From Candidatus Falkowbacteria bacterium HGW-Falkowbacteria-1 (GTDB taxonomy: Bacteria > Patescibacteriota > Patescibacteriia > Patescibacteriales > UBA12465), in NCBI GenBank assembly GCA_002840305.1, contig PHAI01000003.1, positions 70,908-134,907 on the forward strand: a stretch of DNA of 64,000 nucleotides, in the 5' to 3' direction. This document shows positions 62,195 through 64,000 of this stretch, in pieces; the stretch's first letter is position 1; each line of letters opens with the position of its first letter. The notes under the pieces are model-generated. The model made no database searches, had not been told where the DNA came from, and saw nothing but the letters and a program-made list of their open reading frames with translations. Both the position numbers and the translations under genes were made by a program.

Positions 62195-63658
62195 TTAAAA
62201 GCCAACCTTGCTGGCCCTCTCACCCAAAATAACTAAAAAATCTGGGCGTTCTTCTCCTTCGTTAACCTCGTTTTTTATATCTTCAATTAACCATAAAGGT
62301 AAATCAAAATAAACCTCAGCCTGTAAAAAATCTCTAATATATTTTAATGCTTCATTTTTTCCACCATAAGTAAGGTCATAAATAACAGTATCTTTAAAAT
62401 CTCTTCGACTACAATTACTTACTTTTAAAACATCAAAATTTTTGTTCTCTAGGTCAATAGCGGTTTGACTGGCCAATCCGTTTATCCATGTTCCGTTTTT
62501 TATCTCTACTTTGGCGCTCTCTTGACTTTCAGACTCCATGGCCTTTAACTGTTCCTCTTTAGGGAAAAAATTATTTATTAAATATTTTATTTCTGTAAAA
62601 TCGCCACTTCTCGGGGTTAGTATGTAGGCCCCAGCTTCACTCCTGCTAGCCACCAACAAACCATTAGGGCGGTCATCTAACACGTAGTTGCTAATATCAC
62701 TATCCCCAACATCCTTGAACATTTGCCACAATTTTATAGCTTCCCAGATTTTCAAATTGAAACTTAGACTTTCATTTAATTCAGATATTAACCCAGAAAT
62801 AACCGTAGGTTTAAAAAAGTTTTCCGTTTTTAAAAGTTTTTCTTTGACTGCTTGAATTATTTTTTGTTGTCTTCTGGCTCTAGCAAAGTCAGATCCTTCT
62901 ATCCCGGACGCATATCTAGATCTGGCATATTTCAAGGCCAGTGTTCCGTCCATTTTTTGCCAACCCTTCTCTATATAAAGATGTTCAAAACGAGAATAAT
63001 AATCTTCGTTATCTTCTTGCCCGGATATAGGATAATGATAATCCTCTAAAGTATTCTCCACTTCAAGTTCTACTCCGCCCAAAATGTCTACTATATTAAC
63101 AAAACCATTAAAATCAACTCTAATATAATAATGAATAGGGATATCTAAAACATCGCTAAGCGCTTGAGACAAGGCCTCTCCGCCACTACCATCCTTTTTA
63201 CTTTCAGCAAAAGCGTTAATAGCATTTATTTTTTGCCAACCCATACCTTCCACGGCAACGCTTAAGTCTCTTGGGATAGAAAGCATCGAAATTTTTTTGG
63301 TAGATGGTTTTAGACTAACCAAAATTATAGTATCCGTTAAATACCCCCCATCATGTTTTTGTCCCCCCATCCCTAAAAGCAAAATATTTATTCTATCCTG
63401 GTCTTCGCCTCTCACTTGTTTATCAGAGCTTTCCACTAGACCAACTATTCTTCCAATAAAGGGGATTTTACCAACCCAAGACTCCGAGCTGTCTCCAGAA
63501 ATCAAAACAGTAACAGAAAATAAAAGAAGAAAAGCAAAAACAAAGGCCGCTATTTTCAGGCCTACTCTTTTCTTTGGCTTTTTTGGGAGCTCATCAATAA
63601 AGCTAAATCCATTCTCGGCTCTCATTTCTTTTTCTGTTTCTTCTCCAAAACCTATCAT
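62195..63658 (-). CDS. LytR-CpsA-Psr (LCP) family protein
   Basis: 487 aa. N-terminal TM. LCP core INILLLGMGG....LTDTIILVS......SIPRD, and a C-terminal LytR_C-like domain. Confidence 0.85.
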   Translation of the reverse strand: MIGFGEETEKEMRAENGFSFIDELPKKPKKRVGLKIAAFVFAFLLLFSVTVLISGDSSESWVGKIPFIGRIVGLVESSDKQVRGEDQDRINILLLGMGGQKHDGGYLTDTIILVSLKPSTKKISMLSIPRDLSVAVEGMGWQKINAINAFAESKKDGSGGEALSQALSDVLDIPIHYYIRVDFNGFVNIVDILGGVELEVENTLEDYHYPISGQEDNEDYYSRFEHLYIEKGWQKMDGTLALKYARSRYASGIEGSDFARARRQQKIIQAVKEKLLKTENFFKPTVISGLISELNESLSFNLKIWEAIKLWQMFKDVGDSDISNYVLDDRPNGLLVASRSEAGAYILTPRSGDFTEIKYLINNFFPKEEQLKAMESESQESAKVEIKNGTWINGLASQTAIDLENKNFDVLKVSNCSRRDFKDTVIYDLTYGGKNEALKYIRDFLQAEVYFDLPLWLIEDIKNEVNEGEERPDFLVILGERASKVGF

Positions 63659-64000
63659 ATGTAAAAATTTAAAACAAAATTAAAAAATACCAATAAAAAA
63701 CGAAAATTGGCTTATTTCTATTATAATTTAATAATACCTTTTTGACAAGGGCTGGTTTTTGAGTAAAACACGCCCTTCCATTAAGCAAAAAAATGTGCTA
63801 TAGTAAAAACAAGGAAGCCTTGCTTTTTATCAAGTTTTGGAACACCTATTTTCGGCTTTTTCTTGTTTACGGTCGTGACCGCGAACACAAAAGCTGAGGC
63901 AAATTCGTTTAAAAATTTATGAAAACGGAAGTAAAATTCTATTTTAATAGTTTTTAGGCGACTCCGCGTGAGTGGAGACTCGTATCGAGTTTGCCAAAAT

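Noticed and set aside
1-64000. Alternative genetic code (UGA recoding, as in some CPR lineages)
   Set aside because: Full-length conserved proteins (LeuRS, LepA, NrdD, RecJ, Der) are recovered uninterrupted with the standard code, so no recoding needs to be invoked.

Overview
AT-rich, very gene-dense 64-kb window read with the standard bacterial code. I call about 60 protein genes and 3 tRNAs (Gln-UUG, Thr-CGU, Ala-UGC). There is no rRNA and no CRISPR array. All calls rest on motif recognition by eye; no searches were run.

Gene content fits a fermentative, reduced-genome bacterium of the Patescibacteria/CPR (Parcubacteria-like) type. It includes four-subunit pyruvate:ferredoxin oxidoreductase, ADP-forming acetyl-CoA synthetase, and class III anaerobic ribonucleotide reductase (nrdR-nrdD-nrdG). 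It also has type IV pilin-like and T4SS-pilin-like proteins, giant Cys-rich secreted proteins and membrane-anchored DsbA/thioredoxin-like proteins. Housekeeping genes present are leuS, rsmA, recJ, lepA, murJ, ftsEX, der, gpmA, ndk, xth, rnhA and yebC.

Most interesting observations:
1. 44051-48309: three translationally overlapping minus-strand genes. They encode a stand-alone reverse transcriptase, a degenerate ABC-exporter-like membrane ATPase and a membrane-anchored two-HKD PLD-family protein, behind a hairpin-rich 183-nt leader. I do not recognise this gene combination among described retron, DRT, Abi, DGR or group II intron architectures, so it is a candidate new RT-based system.
2. Both small GIY-YIG (COG2827-like) nuclease genes sit inside clusters of GC-rich palindromic repeats. 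One is bracketed by inverted copies, like a tiny transposon. The other lies beside tRNA-Gln with a duplicated tRNA 3' end. Solo repeat copies are read through as protein in four genes.
3. nrdD is split from its glycyl-radical C-terminal segment by a 130-nt AT-rich insert flanked by an in-frame 7-nt direct repeat.
4. A NOX/ferric-reductase-like flavocytochrome overlaps an exported cytochrome b5-like lipoprotein gene.
5. The POR genes are scattered, and porA and porB are separated by a T4SS-pilin-like Cys-rich protein gene.
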